64,000 nt of DNA from assembly GCA_965218495.1 (NCBI GenBank), contig OZ244626.1, positions 2,352,196 to 2,416,195 on the forward strand. The letters are read 5' to 3'. Each line of letters starts with the position of its first letter. The first letter of the stretch is position 1. The notes under the pieces are model-generated. The model had not been told where the DNA came from, did not search any database, and saw only the letters and a list, made by a program, of their open reading frames with translations. Positions 39,742 through 49,534 of this stretch are shown piece by piece. Position numbers and translations under genes: made by a program. This DNA is from Rhodothermales bacterium (GTDB lineage Bacteria; Bacteroidota; Rhodothermia; Rhodothermales; Bin80).

Positions 39742-40727
39742 GAGGGTAGGCGGCTGGATAGGGCTTCACGAAGATCTGGAAGATACGAGGCAAAGGCCAT
39801 GCGCCGCAGGCCCACCTCGAGTTCCAACAACGCCAGGGCAATGCGCCCCAGGCGCTGACGTACGCTCCCTGGGGGTACGCACGATTGCAGCTTCTGACCC
39901 AGGGTGTCCACGCTGTGCAGCACGCGCAAGCCGCGGTCTACCGTCAGTAGCAGCCCCGTCCGCTGAATGGTGAGCGTCTCCTGAAGACCCTCCAGAAGCA
40001 CGTGGGCGGCCGAACGGTTCACACGCTGCAAGTCTGCGTGAATCTCCAGGAGCGCAGTCTCGGCCCGCCTCGCGTCCAACAGTTGCCACGCTTGCCGCAA
40101 TCGGCTGCGAAAGACGGCCTGCGATGCCTCCGGCAAGCCGTTGATCACCTGGCGAAGCTTCGTGCTCAAGCAGCGCTGTATGGCTACGCGCGGACCCAAA
40201 GTGGTCTCTACAGCCCCTTGCATACCTGTGCCACTAGCTAAAATGCAGAGCAAGCCCGCATCCACACAGAGTCCACGCGTTACCAGACTCTGCAGAAACT
40301 CCTGCAAACGGGCGACATCCTCCGGTGCGCAGGCCACCAGGCCCAGGATGCGACGATGGCCGCTCAACGTAACGCCCACGCAAAGAGTCAGACGTACACC
40401 AATGACGTACAAGCTCTTCAGCCATAGCGCTACCACAGCCTCATCAGATAAACTGCGCGTCTGCAAGTATTCCCATGCTTCATCGAAGCGAACGCCATCG
40501 TCCGGGGCAGCCTCCGCTCGTTCGGGTGCAGCCATGGACGCTGGCTCACTGCGGCCAGGCTGCGCAGCAGCTGCGTTCTCCTGTGGCAGCAACTCGCCAG
40601 CCAGCATCTGCAGAATGCTGGCATAGTGTCGCATCAGGTGCAAACGTACCGCTTGGCCTGTGCTCTGCGAGCCGCCTGATGGCGCGTCAGAGCACGCTTC
40701 AGGCGGCAACGACAAGTGGGTATTCAT
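39738..40727 (-). CDS. Divergent IS256-transposase paralog lacking the DDE residues
   Basis: 329-aa ORF, collinear with the downstream transposase core. The catalytic contexts instead read LWLKS, CILASGTGMQGAV, QRCLSTK and VLHSVDTLGQ. Confidence 0.65.
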   Translation of the reverse strand: MNTHLSLPPEACSDAPSGGSQSTGQAVRLHLMRHYASILQMLAGELLPQENAAAAQPGRSEPASMAAPERAEAAPDDGVRFDEAWEYLQTRSLSDEAVVALWLKSLYVIGVRLTLCVGVTLSGHRRILGLVACAPEDVARLQEFLQSLVTRGLCVDAGLLCILASGTGMQGAVETTLGPRVAIQRCLSTKLRQVINGLPEASQAVFRSRLRQAWQLLDARRAETALLEIHADLQRVNRSAAHVLLEGLQETLTIQRTGLLLTVDRGLRVLHSVDTLGQKLQSCVPPGSVRQRLGRIALALLELEVGLRRMAFASYLPDLREALSSRLPS

Positions 40728-40793
40728 TGCTGGGTTGGGTTAGTGACCGGGGATGTTCAATTATCCCTCCCCAACTAGCTATGAATCAATCTC

Positions 40794-40801
40794 CTGGTTC
40801 T
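40794..40801. repeat. Target-site duplication CTGGTTCT (right)
   Basis: See 38450-38457. Confidence 0.65.
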
Positions 40802-41428
40802 GGACGACTCTAGTCCACCTTGGGGGAATTCCTGCCACTGTTTGCTCAGCGTTATGGCACCCTCACCCGGAGCAGTGTTGGGCAAGAGTCAAAACCCCGA
40901 GGACCTATCCTTCGTGCTGAAGGGAAGTAATTCAGGTACAGCGGTCAACGCAGGAGTAAACCGCGGAGTAGAGACGGTCTGCAAAAAAGCTACGGGGACC
41001 TAATCGCAGTAGAAGCTCGCCCAGCGAACCGGCGGGAATATCCGGGCCACCCGGACGGTACCGGTCACGCGCTTGAAACGTGCGCCTTAGCGACATGCAC
41101 ATGCGTCCGGCACGGCTACGCCGAGTCACATGGCCGGATAGGCATCAGGCGGGCATTCGGATCGCGCCTGCGGTGCGGGCACTTGGCCCTCCGTCACTTA
41201 TTCCCGAATTCGGAGGGTGCAGAGCTACTCCATTGCAATGGTACGGTGCAGCATGCCGATTTAGAGATGCATACGGTTTGGTCATGGACGCCTTGGCTGG
41301 CAGGCATGCGCTACTGCTGCGACTCAAAAGGCCGATCAATTGTTGCAGGCTGCTTGTTCCGCCGGGCAGGGCTCAACTTTTTTGCGCGCGATTCGTTATC
41401 TGCGTCTTCCTTCCGATCACACCAGTCT

Positions 41429-42304
41429 ATGATTCCCAAGGAGCTTTTCGCCAAAATCCGACGGATTGAGATACGTACTAAAGGGCTCGTGAATGACGTT
41501 TTTGGGGGCGAGTACAACTCGGCCTTCAAGGGTAGAGGTATCTCGTTTGCCGAAGTCAGGCCCTACCAGGTGGGCGATGACATTCGGTCAATCGACTGGA
41601 ATGTTACGGCTCGAACCGGCGATGCATACGTCAAGGTATTCGAGGAAGAGCGTGAGCAGACCGTGGTGCTAGTAGTTGACATCTCCGGCTCAGGTGATTT
41701 CGCTTCGCAGAGCAAATTCAAGCGCGAAATCGCGGCAGAGATCTGTGCAATCCTGGGCTTTAGCGCCATCAAGAACAATGACAAGGTGGGCCTGGTACTG
41801 TTTTCTGACGAGGTAGAACTGTTCGTACCACCCAAGAGCGGGCGACGCCACGTGCTACGGCTTATCCGAGATTTGTTTGCGCACGCGCCAACCTCATCCA
41901 AGACTGACATTGGTCGGGCCCTTGAGTTCGTCTTGCACATGCTGCGTCGTCGGTCTATCGTGCTTGTCGTTAGTGACTTTTTCGACAAAGGCTATGAGCG
42001 GTCCCTGCGGCTGGTCTCTCGCAAGCACGACACAGTCGCGATCCACCTTCAGGACTCACGTGATCACGCTCTGCCGGCCATGGGACTTCTTGACCTGACT
42101 GACCCGGAAACCGGCCATACGACCACGCTGGATACCGGAAGCCGTCGCGTGCGGCGCGCCTTCGAACAGCGAGCACACGCCATGCGGGAAGCCACTGCGC
42201 AAGGCCTACGCCGCGCCAGGGTGGACCAGGTGCCCATAGTCTGTGGCGAAGACTATGTGGAGCCTCTCATTCGATTCTTCCGCCAACGGGCAAGCGTAGC
42301 GTGA
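41429..42304 (+). CDS. DUF58 domain protein (MoxR-associated, first gene of the Bat-type operon here)
   Basis: I placed the start at the ATG at 41429 within track ORF 41183-42304. The ORF has RRIEIRTKGLVNDVFGGEYNSAFKGRGISFAEVRPYQVGDDIRSIDWNVTAR. Confidence 0.85.
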   Translation: MIPKELFAKIRRIEIRTKGLVNDVFGGEYNSAFKGRGISFAEVRPYQVGDDIRSIDWNVTARTGDAYVKVFEEEREQTVVLVVDISGSGDFASQSKFKREIAAEICAILGFSAIKNNDKVGLVLFSDEVELFVPPKSGRRHVLRLIRDLFAHAPTSSKTDIGRALEFVLHMLRRRSIVLVVSDFFDKGYERSLRLVSRKHDTVAIHLQDSRDHALPAMGLLDLTDPETGHTTTLDTGSRRVRRAFEQRAHAMREATAQGLRRARVDQVPIVCGEDYVEPLIRFFRQRASVA

Positions 42305-43281
42305 TGTACCGGGTACTGGCAATAGCCCTTGCGCTTGGCGCCGGGCTGTGTGGAATTGCGGACGCGCAACGCTTAGAGGCAACGGTATCTGTGGATAGCG
42401 CGCGAGTGGGAGAGCGCTTCCTGCTGACAGTGAGTGTTCTGCACGGCTCCATGGAAGCGCCAGAGTTCCCGAGTCCGGGCTCGGGGAAAGAATCGTTCGG
42501 TGACCTGGACGGTATTCGGGTAGTCTCCAGTGGACGCGCCATACTCGGGCCCTCTGTACGGCTCGACAGCGTCGTGTACGATGTCACGACATTTGCCTTG
42601 GACAGTGCAGTGGTGCCACCCCTATCTGTCACACTAAACGGCGGAAGCCGTCAGGACAGTACGCGCCGCATCGTGATACCGGTGATTTCGGTGGTGCCTG
42701 CGGATGCGGATACCATCCACGGCATGGCTGAAGCCGTTCACTTTCTGCAGCCCGGCAGCAGCGGCACACCGCCATGGCCTTGGGTGCTTCTGGCATTGGC
42801 CGCCTTTTTTGTCATTGGTTCACTTTGGTGGTGGTACACACGCAGAAGAACCGAGGTGATCCTGGACGATGCCCCGCAGGACCCGCAGTTGTCACCATAT
42901 GAGTTGGCCATGGCGAGGCTGGGCGAACTTGAGAAGGTCAATGTGTCAGCGGAAGGGAGCGAAGTTCCTTTTTTCGTCGAGTTGTCCGAGGTCCTCAGAA
43001 TGTACCTTGAGCTCAGGATCGGGGTACCCGCGCTTGAGCTGGCTACAAACGAGATTTTGGAAGAGTTTACTCTCGTACGCTTCAAAATCCCTGGTGGTGT
43101 GCCGGATGAGGTCCAACGCGTTCTGGGACTAAGCGATTTGGTGAAGTTCGCTGAGTATGTACCACCGGTTGCTGACAGCGTACAATCCCTTGCACAGACC
43201 AGGCACATTATTGAACGCATGGAAGACAAGCAGCGTCAGCTGGCACTGGACGCAGCTCGTCAAAAAGAGATTCAGGAGTAG
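42301..43281 (+). CDS. Hypothetical membrane protein of the Bat operon (signal peptide, mid TM helix, DUF4381-like tail)
   Basis: 326-aa ORF that overlaps the DUF58 gene by 4 nt. It has the signal MMYRVLAIALALGAGLCGIADA and the TM segment WPWVLLALAAFFVIGSLWWWY. Confidence 0.6.
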   Translation: MMYRVLAIALALGAGLCGIADAQRLEATVSVDSARVGERFLLTVSVLHGSMEAPEFPSPGSGKESFGDLDGIRVVSSGRAILGPSVRLDSVVYDVTTFALDSAVVPPLSVTLNGGSRQDSTRRIVIPVISVVPADADTIHGMAEAVHFLQPGSSGTPPWPWVLLALAAFFVIGSLWWWYTRRRTEVILDDAPQDPQLSPYELAMARLGELEKVNVSAEGSEVPFFVELSEVLRMYLELRIGVPALELATNEILEEFTLVRFKIPGGVPDEVQRVLGLSDLVKFAEYVPPVADSVQSLAQTRHIIERMEDKQRQLALDAARQKEIQE

Positions 43282-43291
43282 CCCCGCACCA

Positions 43292-44275
43292 ATGGAATTT
43301 GCCGCACCACTTTGGCTTGTGCTTCTTGCTCTGCTACCCGTTTGGGGCGGCTGGCACTGGTGGCGCTCAAGCCGTGCAGGCGGCTTGCGCTACAGCAACA
43401 GCGGCGTCGCATTCAACACGCCCAGGGGCTGGCGTTCGTATATCGCGGCAACGCCCTTGGTACTTCGCATAGCGGCTTTGGCCCTATTCATCCTGGCGTT
43501 AGCGCGTCCCCAGGAACGTGACGTGACACAGCAGCGATATGCTGAAGGGGTAGAAATCATGTTGGTACTTGATACGTCAACTTCGATGCTTGCCGAGGAC
43601 TTTCGACCCAACAGGCTCGAGGCGGCACGAGAAGTGGCTGCAGAGTTCATTCGCGGGCGCGTCTCGGACCGGATCGGCCTTATAGTCTTCGCAGGCAAAG
43701 CCTATACCCAGACGCCCCTGACCCTGGACTATACGTTCCTCCTGAATATGCTGGACGAGGTAAATGCAGGCATAATAGAAGACGGAACCGCCATAGGGAC
43801 GGCCCTTGCTACGGCCGTCAATCGCCTCAAATACACCGAGGCGGAAAGCAAGGTGATTGTCCTTCTGACCGATGGACAAAACAACCGCGGCGAGGTCGAC
43901 CCCGTGACGGCCGCCGATGTTGCTGCTACGCTCGGGGTGCGCATATACGCGGTTGGTGTAGGCACTTATGGAGAGGCCCCCTACGTGGTTGACACCCCGT
44001 TCGGTGGCTCCCGGCGCCAGATGATACCCGTAGAGATCGACGAGGACATGCTGCGAAGCGTAGCAGCAAACACAGGCGGGCAGTTCTTCCGGGCCACCAA
44101 CAAGAATGCGCTACGCGACATCTATGCCCGGATTGGCGAGCTGGAAACGACCAAGATCGAGACCCTTACCTACACCGACTACGAAGAGCGCTATGAACGT
44201 TACCTGTGGCCTGCGTTGGTCTTGATTTTGCTTGAGGTACTCATCTCCACTACGCTGTTGCGCCGCTTTCCCTGA
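43292..44275 (+). CDS. batA: VWA domain protein BatA
   Basis: I placed the start at the ATG at 43292 (MEFAAPLWLVLLALLPVW). The VWA MIDAS context is VLDTSTSM, and there is a C-terminal TM helix. Confidence 0.85.
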   Translation: MEFAAPLWLVLLALLPVWGGWHWWRSSRAGGLRYSNSGVAFNTPRGWRSYIAATPLVLRIAALALFILALARPQERDVTQQRYAEGVEIMLVLDTSTSMLAEDFRPNRLEAAREVAAEFIRGRVSDRIGLIVFAGKAYTQTPLTLDYTFLLNMLDEVNAGIIEDGTAIGTALATAVNRLKYTEAESKVIVLLTDGQNNRGEVDPVTAADVAATLGVRIYAVGVGTYGEAPYVVDTPFGGSRRQMIPVEIDEDMLRSVAANTGGQFFRATNKNALRDIYARIGELETTKIETLTYTDYEERYERYLWPALVLILLEVLISTTLLRRFP

Positions 44276-44280
44276 CGTCT

Positions 44281-45297
44281 ATGGCCTGGCTTTATCCCGA
44301 ATACCTTTGGACGCTTGCGTCCATACCGGCAGCTGTCCTGCTGTTTGTCTATGCATGGTGGCGGCGCGGCATGCTTCGGCGGCGATTTGGAGACGAGTCA
44401 CTGATCAAGCGCCTTTCATCTCTGGTAAGCGGCAGACGGCGACGGTGGAAGTCAGCTTTCTTTGTGGCCGGCCTGGCGCTGCTGTCTCTGGCATTGGCCG
44501 GACCCAAGATTGGAACAAAGCTGAAAGAGGCCACACGGGAAGGCGTGGACATGGTGATCGCGCTGGATGTTTCCCTGTCGATGGAGGCCGAAGATGTGGC
44601 GCCCAACCGGCTCAGTCGAGCAAAGAATGAGATCAAGAAGCTGCTGAGCGAGCTGCGCGGCGACCGTGTGGGCCTAGTGATTTTTGCCGGTGACGCTTTT
44701 TTGCAGTGCCCGCTGACTACAGACTATAGTGCGCTACGCCTGTTTCTGGATGTGGCCAGCCGCAGCCTTCTCCCGACTCCCGGCACGGACTTCGAGAAAG
44801 CTTTAAGTGAGGCCGTCGGGGCCTTGGAAGGCGCTTCGCAAGATCCGCAGGTGGAAGGTCGCTCGCGCGCATTGGTGATAGTCTCTGATGGCGAAAACCA
44901 TGTAGCCAACCTGGAGGGCATCCTGACTCGCGCCAGGCAATCGGACATCGTTATCTACACAGTCGGCGTGGGTGAGACCAGCGGAGCACCAATTCCGTTG
45001 TATGAGGGAGATCGGCGCACTTTCCACAGGGATCTCGAGGGTGAGATCGTGCAAACAAGACTCGAAGAAGAGGAGTTGAAGCGCCTCGCGGAAGACGGGT
45101 CGTACTTTCGCATCGCCCGCACCTCCAGCAGCGTCATGCAGATTATCCCCGCACTGGAACGGCTGGAGCGAACGGAGTTGGCGAGCGAACAGTTTGAAGA
45201 GTACGACATTAAGTACCAGGTGCCCCTGCTGTTGGCACTGGTTCTCTTCCTGGTGGAAGGGTTGATCTCAGCGCGGAAAAAACCGCCGGTTACCTAA
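44281..45297 (+). CDS. batB: VWA domain protein BatB
   Basis: 338-aa ORF with the N-terminal MAWLYPEYLW, the VWA context ALDVSLSM and a C-terminal TM helix. Confidence 0.85.
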   Translation: MAWLYPEYLWTLASIPAAVLLFVYAWWRRGMLRRRFGDESLIKRLSSLVSGRRRRWKSAFFVAGLALLSLALAGPKIGTKLKEATREGVDMVIALDVSLSMEAEDVAPNRLSRAKNEIKKLLSELRGDRVGLVIFAGDAFLQCPLTTDYSALRLFLDVASRSLLPTPGTDFEKALSEAVGALEGASQDPQVEGRSRALVIVSDGENHVANLEGILTRARQSDIVIYTVGVGETSGAPIPLYEGDRRTFHRDLEGEIVQTRLEEEELKRLAEDGSYFRIARTSSSVMQIIPALERLERTELASEQFEEYDIKYQVPLLLALVLFLVEGLISARKKPPVT

Positions 45298-45300
45298 TAC

Positions 45301-46056
45301 ATGTTGACTATGCAAGTGTTGTCATTACTTCTGGTCATGCTGCAGGCAGCACCTGACTCTAGCGCTCAGGGTCAGGGATGGCAAGGAAACCTTTTCCTGC
45401 AGAACAATCAGCTTCAGGAAGCTCAAGATGCTTACGAGCGCGGGCTGAACCTGTACCGGGACAGGCGTTCGATGGACAACATCTACTATGGCCTGCAAAA
45501 CAATCTAGGACTCGCACTTCATGGACAGAGTAACTTCGAAAAGGCCCAGTCAGCATTCGGGGAAGCCGTGAATACAGCGTCTGGGCCCACTGATGCTACC
45601 AGGACTCTTTACAATGCAGGCAACAACGCATTCAGTATGCAGGCAAATGAGGCAGCGCTGGAGCACTACCGCGAGGCACTTCTGGCAGATCCGACGAATG
45701 AGGATGCAAGATTTAACTACGAATATGTAAAGCGCCTGCAACAGCAGCAGCAGGACCAACAGCAAAACGACGACAATCAGGATCAGCAGCAGGGTGATCA
45801 AGATCAGGAGCAGAACCAAGATCAGCAGGATCAGGAACAACAAAACCAAGAGCAGCAGCAGAACCAGGAACAGCAGAATCAGACGCAGGGGGAAGAGGAG
45901 CAATCAAACTCCGAGCAGCAACAACCCCGGGAGACCCCGATGAGCCGAGCGGAGGCAGAGCGCATCTTGCAGGCCTTGGAGAATGAAGAAAAGGAGCTTT
46001 TGCGTGAGATTCAGAAGGCCGAAGGCCGCCCGCGACGTGTAACAAAGGACTGGTAA
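45301..46056 (+). CDS. batC: TPR protein BatC with a Q/D/E/N-rich low-complexity tail
   Basis: 251-aa ORF with TPR-like repeats followed by QQQQDQQQNDDNQDQQQGDQDQEQNQDQQDQEQQNQEQQQNQEQQNQ. Confidence 0.75.
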   Translation: MLTMQVLSLLLVMLQAAPDSSAQGQGWQGNLFLQNNQLQEAQDAYERGLNLYRDRRSMDNIYYGLQNNLGLALHGQSNFEKAQSAFGEAVNTASGPTDATRTLYNAGNNAFSMQANEAALEHYREALLADPTNEDARFNYEYVKRLQQQQQDQQQNDDNQDQQQGDQDQEQNQDQQDQEQQNQEQQQNQEQQNQTQGEEEQSNSEQQQPRETPMSRAEAERILQALENEEKELLREIQKAEGRPRRVTKDW

Positions 46057-46062
46057 TACCGC

Positions 46063-47895
46063 GTGCGTACGTATTTCTCTTTAGGACTTGGACTGGCGCT
46101 TCTTTTCGTGTGCCGCATGGCGCATGCTCAATCTGTTCAGGCGCTGGTCAATTCATCCACCATTGGGACCCAGGAGGCAGTCACCTATTCCATTGAGGTC
46201 ACAGGTGCCGACATCGTCGATGTCTCCACTCCCATGCCGCCGGCAGCACCTGGCTTGCAGCTAGTGTCACCATCCCCTTCGCGTGGTACCAGTGTCTCGT
46301 GGGTCAACGGCAACGTAACAAGAACCGTAACCTATTCCTGGCAGTACCAGCCGCTGGCAGAGGGGCAGGCGCACATAGAACCCACCACGGTAGACATCGC
46401 GGACACCACATACACGACCAGTGCCATCACAATTTCGGTCGTGCCACAGTCCCAGCGTCCGTCTCGTACGCCTGGCAGGCGCAGCATTTTTGACCCGTTT
46501 CCGATCCCGGCTCCGGGCGGCCCTGTGGGTGAGATCGCTGAGCGCGATGTCTTCATACGCGTCATTCCCAGCAGCACCACGCCGTTTGTAAATGAACAGG
46601 TCACCATCAGCTACGAGCTGTTTTTCCGTGAAGGCATGCAGCCCCAAAATAGCAGGTTGGCCGACTCTTGGGATGCTGAAGGATTCTGGCGCGAAGACTT
46701 GCCCGTTGAAGGACGCCCCATGCCACGAACGAGCATCCAAGACGGGCTGCGATACAGTTCCATAGTGGTCAAGCGAGTGGCGGTCTTTCCTACCCGCCCG
46801 GGGTCGCTGACCATTGATCCGCTGCGTATCGCCACAAAAGTGGTTGCTCCAGGAACGGTTGGGTTCGGGGGCTCATTGTTCTCCCGGCGGGCTTCCTATC
46901 AGGAGATCGAGCGCAGCTCGCCGCCGGTCGCCATGGAGGTTAAGCCACTTCCCTCACACGCGCCAGACGGGTACCGGGATGCTGTAGGAAAGTACACGTT
47001 GGAGGCTCGGCTCAGTCGGACCCAGGTTGATGTAGGCGAGCCGCTGGAGCTTGTGATACGCATCACGGGCGAGGGCAACATCTCCACACTAGACGGGCCG
47101 GAAGTCCAACTGCCTGGTGTCTTCGAGTCGTACGACCCGGAAATCAACACCGTAAGTCGGGTAGCGAGCAACCTCGCTGGTGGCACCAAGACGTTCACCT
47201 ACCTCATGATCCCGCGGGCCAACGGGACCTTCAACATACCTGCGCTCCGTTTCAGCTACCTGGACCCTGCGGCAGCAGCGTACCAGACGATTGAGCGCAT
47301 GCTGCCAGCGATCCGGGTCAGTGGCACTGCCGCGGCGGCGGTGCCCACAAGTACGCTGGCAACGGGATTTCCGGTTGACGATATCGCAGGTCCGCGCGCA
47401 GCTGAGCGCTGGGTAACTTACCCACCGGTGCCGCTGCACAGACGCTGGTGGATATTTGTGGTGATAGCCATGCCGCTTCTCGTGTTGACTACCCTGGCGG
47501 CTTGGCGCCGCCGTGCTACGCGGCTGCAAACCGATGTAGCGTGGGCTCGCGGCCGACAAGCGCACCCGCTGGCACGGCGCCACCTCAAGCGGGCCATGCA
47601 GCTCAGCGAGAGGGATGCACCGCGCCCATTCTTCGTTGAGCTGGAGAATGCCGTGCTGGGCTTTATTGGCAACCGCATGAATGTAGCAGAGCTCGGAATG
47701 ACTCGTCCGCAACTGTATGCCGCGTTAGCAGTAGCTGGTGTGTCCGAATCAACGCGTAACAGGCTCCACAATTTCCTCATGGCCTGTGATGCAGCCCGGT
47801 TTGCGCCCGATAGGCCGGATCGCGTCCGGATGGACAGTGCTATGCAGGCCGCCATTGAACTTATCGTGCTCATCGACCAAAGCGCGCACCCATGA
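46063..47895 (+). CDS. batD: BatD (oxygen-tolerance) family protein
   Basis: 610-aa ORF with a GTG start, a signal peptide, repeated beta-rich domains and a late TM helix (WWIFVVIAMPLLVLTTLAAW). It sits after batC. Confidence 0.8.
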   Translation: MRTYFSLGLGLALLFVCRMAHAQSVQALVNSSTIGTQEAVTYSIEVTGADIVDVSTPMPPAAPGLQLVSPSPSRGTSVSWVNGNVTRTVTYSWQYQPLAEGQAHIEPTTVDIADTTYTTSAITISVVPQSQRPSRTPGRRSIFDPFPIPAPGGPVGEIAERDVFIRVIPSSTTPFVNEQVTISYELFFREGMQPQNSRLADSWDAEGFWREDLPVEGRPMPRTSIQDGLRYSSIVVKRVAVFPTRPGSLTIDPLRIATKVVAPGTVGFGGSLFSRRASYQEIERSSPPVAMEVKPLPSHAPDGYRDAVGKYTLEARLSRTQVDVGEPLELVIRITGEGNISTLDGPEVQLPGVFESYDPEINTVSRVASNLAGGTKTFTYLMIPRANGTFNIPALRFSYLDPAAAAYQTIERMLPAIRVSGTAAAAVPTSTLATGFPVDDIAGPRAAERWVTYPPVPLHRRWWIFVVIAMPLLVLTTLAAWRRRATRLQTDVAWARGRQAHPLARRHLKRAMQLSERDAPRPFFVELENAVLGFIGNRMNVAELGMTRPQLYAALAVAGVSESTRNRLHNFLMACDAARFAPDRPDRVRMDSAMQAAIELIVLIDQSAHP

Positions 47896-48662
47896 GCATT
47901 CGACGTGCCCTAATACGCTTGTTTGCCTGCGCGGCTGTAGCGTGGACTAGTGCCGACCTGGCGCATAGTCAGCTCCGAGAGGCCGTTCAACGATTCGATG
48001 AGGCCACTGAGCACTATGCCGCCGGCAACTATCGAGATGCTGTTGCAGCATTCGAAGACGTGCTTGCCGCGGGCTATGCCACGGGTGCTGTGTACTACAA
48101 CGCAGGCAATGCGTATTTTCGAATCGATGAGTATGGGCAGGCACTGCGACACTGGGAAAAAGCCAGACGCGTTATGGGCGACGACCCTGCCTTGGTACAC
48201 AACATGGATATCGTACGGGCCCGTATTGGGGCGCCATTCTCGTCGGTGCCGCCACCGTTTTGGGTTATTTGGTGGCAACGCGTCGTAGTGCCTATAGGTA
48301 CCCTGTCCTACCTGGTGCTCGGGCTGCTGCTGTACGTGGCGGCGGCCGTGCTCTACGGAATACGCATTTGGACCAATACGCGCAGCGCCTGGCAGCGCAG
48401 GGCACGTCTGGGCTCGCTGGTGTTGGGATTGATGCTGCTCATGGCCGCCTTCGGTACCTCTGCCAGCAGGACAAGTGTCACTGCGGGCGTAGTCATCGCA
48501 AAGTCGGCGAAGCTGGCCGACACCTTGGGCGATCCCGGCGCCCTTGATGTCCCTGAGGGGGTCTTGGTAGGAATTCTGGGCCGGGAAAGTACGCATTTCA
48601 GGGTAAAGCTACCCAATGGCGTCGTGGGCTATTTGCCTGAGATGTCGGTCGGGGAAATCTAG
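47892..48662 (+). CDS. batE: BatE-like TPR + TM + SH3-like protein
   Basis: 256-aa ORF with a TPR segment (YNAGNAYFRIDEYGQALRHWEKA), two TM helices and a C-terminal SH3-like FRVKLPNGVVGYLP. Confidence 0.7.
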   Translation: MSIRRALIRLFACAAVAWTSADLAHSQLREAVQRFDEATEHYAAGNYRDAVAAFEDVLAAGYATGAVYYNAGNAYFRIDEYGQALRHWEKARRVMGDDPALVHNMDIVRARIGAPFSSVPPPFWVIWWQRVVVPIGTLSYLVLGLLLYVAAAVLYGIRIWTNTRSAWQRRARLGSLVLGLMLLMAAFGTSASRTSVTAGVVIAKSAKLADTLGDPGALDVPEGVLVGILGRESTHFRVKLPNGVVGYLPEMSVGEI

Positions 48663-48913
48663 CGGCCGCGCCGTTGGGCACCACTTGTAGAGAAAGGAGT
48701 TAATGGAGGCCTTGCACCTATGACTATTAGCCGCGTATGTGCTTATCTTACAGCCCGCTTGTGGCGGGCATCACTTGGCTGCACACCGTTCATGGGGCTG
48801 TACTTCAGCCCTCTTGCGAAGCAGCGATAGAGCTTGCCAGTGAAAAGGCGAAGCTGCATCAGCAAACCAACTAACCGTTTTCTCACTATTCTGAAGATCC
48901 CAAGGTACCTGCT

Positions 48914-49264
48914 ATGGGTAGCAATAAGACGTTTTCACTAGCACTTGAGCGCAACGGTAGCACCGTAACAGCACACGTTGGCGGGCGGATCGACAGCTCG
49001 AATGCGTGGGACTTCGACCGCGAACTGCACAGTGGTCTCATGAGCACCGACATGGTGCTTGTCATGGATTGTGGTAGCCTTAGATACATCAGCAGCGCTG
49101 GTCTCCGCGTGGCCTTGAAGCTGGCCAAGCAATTCAGACCGCCGCAGAGACGATTCGCGATGTCGTCGCTTTCCGATGACATCGGGGAAATCGTACGCAT
49201 CAGCGGCTTTGACCGGATCATCGAGATCCACGACTCAGTCGAATCCGCGCTAGGCAACGGTTGA
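48914..49264 (+). CDS. STAS domain protein (anti-sigma-factor antagonist-like)
   Basis: 116-aa ORF with LVMDCGSLRYISSAGLRVAL and IVRISGFDRIIEIHDS. Confidence 0.8.
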   Translation: MGSNKTFSLALERNGSTVTAHVGGRIDSSNAWDFDRELHSGLMSTDMVLVMDCGSLRYISSAGLRVALKLAKQFRPPQRRFAMSSLSDDIGEIVRISGFDRIIEIHDSVESALGNG

Positions 49265-49534
49265 TTGGCACGTTGTGAGTAGACGCTGTCTACCCGCTGC
49301 CATCATCACTAGGAGCTGGAGCCGCCTACATCACTGCACACGGCATCTGTGCATTGCCGTTGCTGCGGGCAATTAGACGCGCTCTCGGGGGGGCAAGCCG
49401 AGGAACGCCTGCCCTCCCCCTCCGGTGGTATGTACCTCCCGGGCAAGGCAGTAGCATTGCCATTTGGTAAACCGGCTTTTACCCGTTGATCAAGCTTTGC
49501 AGCCACACATGGTGCGGCCCCGTATAGCTGGGCA

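Larger units (their letters stand above)
38458..40793 (-). mobile_element. IS256-family-like insertion sequence with two transposase-family ORFs
   Basis: Imperfect inverted repeats of about 30 bp: GGGATTGACCCATATTTAGTTGGGAGGGGGAT versus the reverse complement of the right end, GAGATTGATTCATAGCTAGTTGGGGAGGGATA. There is an 8-bp direct repeat. The two ORFs overlap in ATGA. Confidence 0.8.

Noticed and set aside
40802-41428. A MoxR ATPase remnant upstream of the DUF58 gene.
   Set aside because: Six-frame inspection by eye showed no Walker A/B or AAA+ strings. The only short ORFs (40932-41129, 41080-41469) have non-protein-like composition. It is left as an open question in the findings.
45550-45903. 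Repetitive region considered as a CRISPR array or satellite.
   Set aside because: There is no repeat-spacer periodicity. It is the trinucleotide-biased coding sequence of the BatC low-complexity tract.
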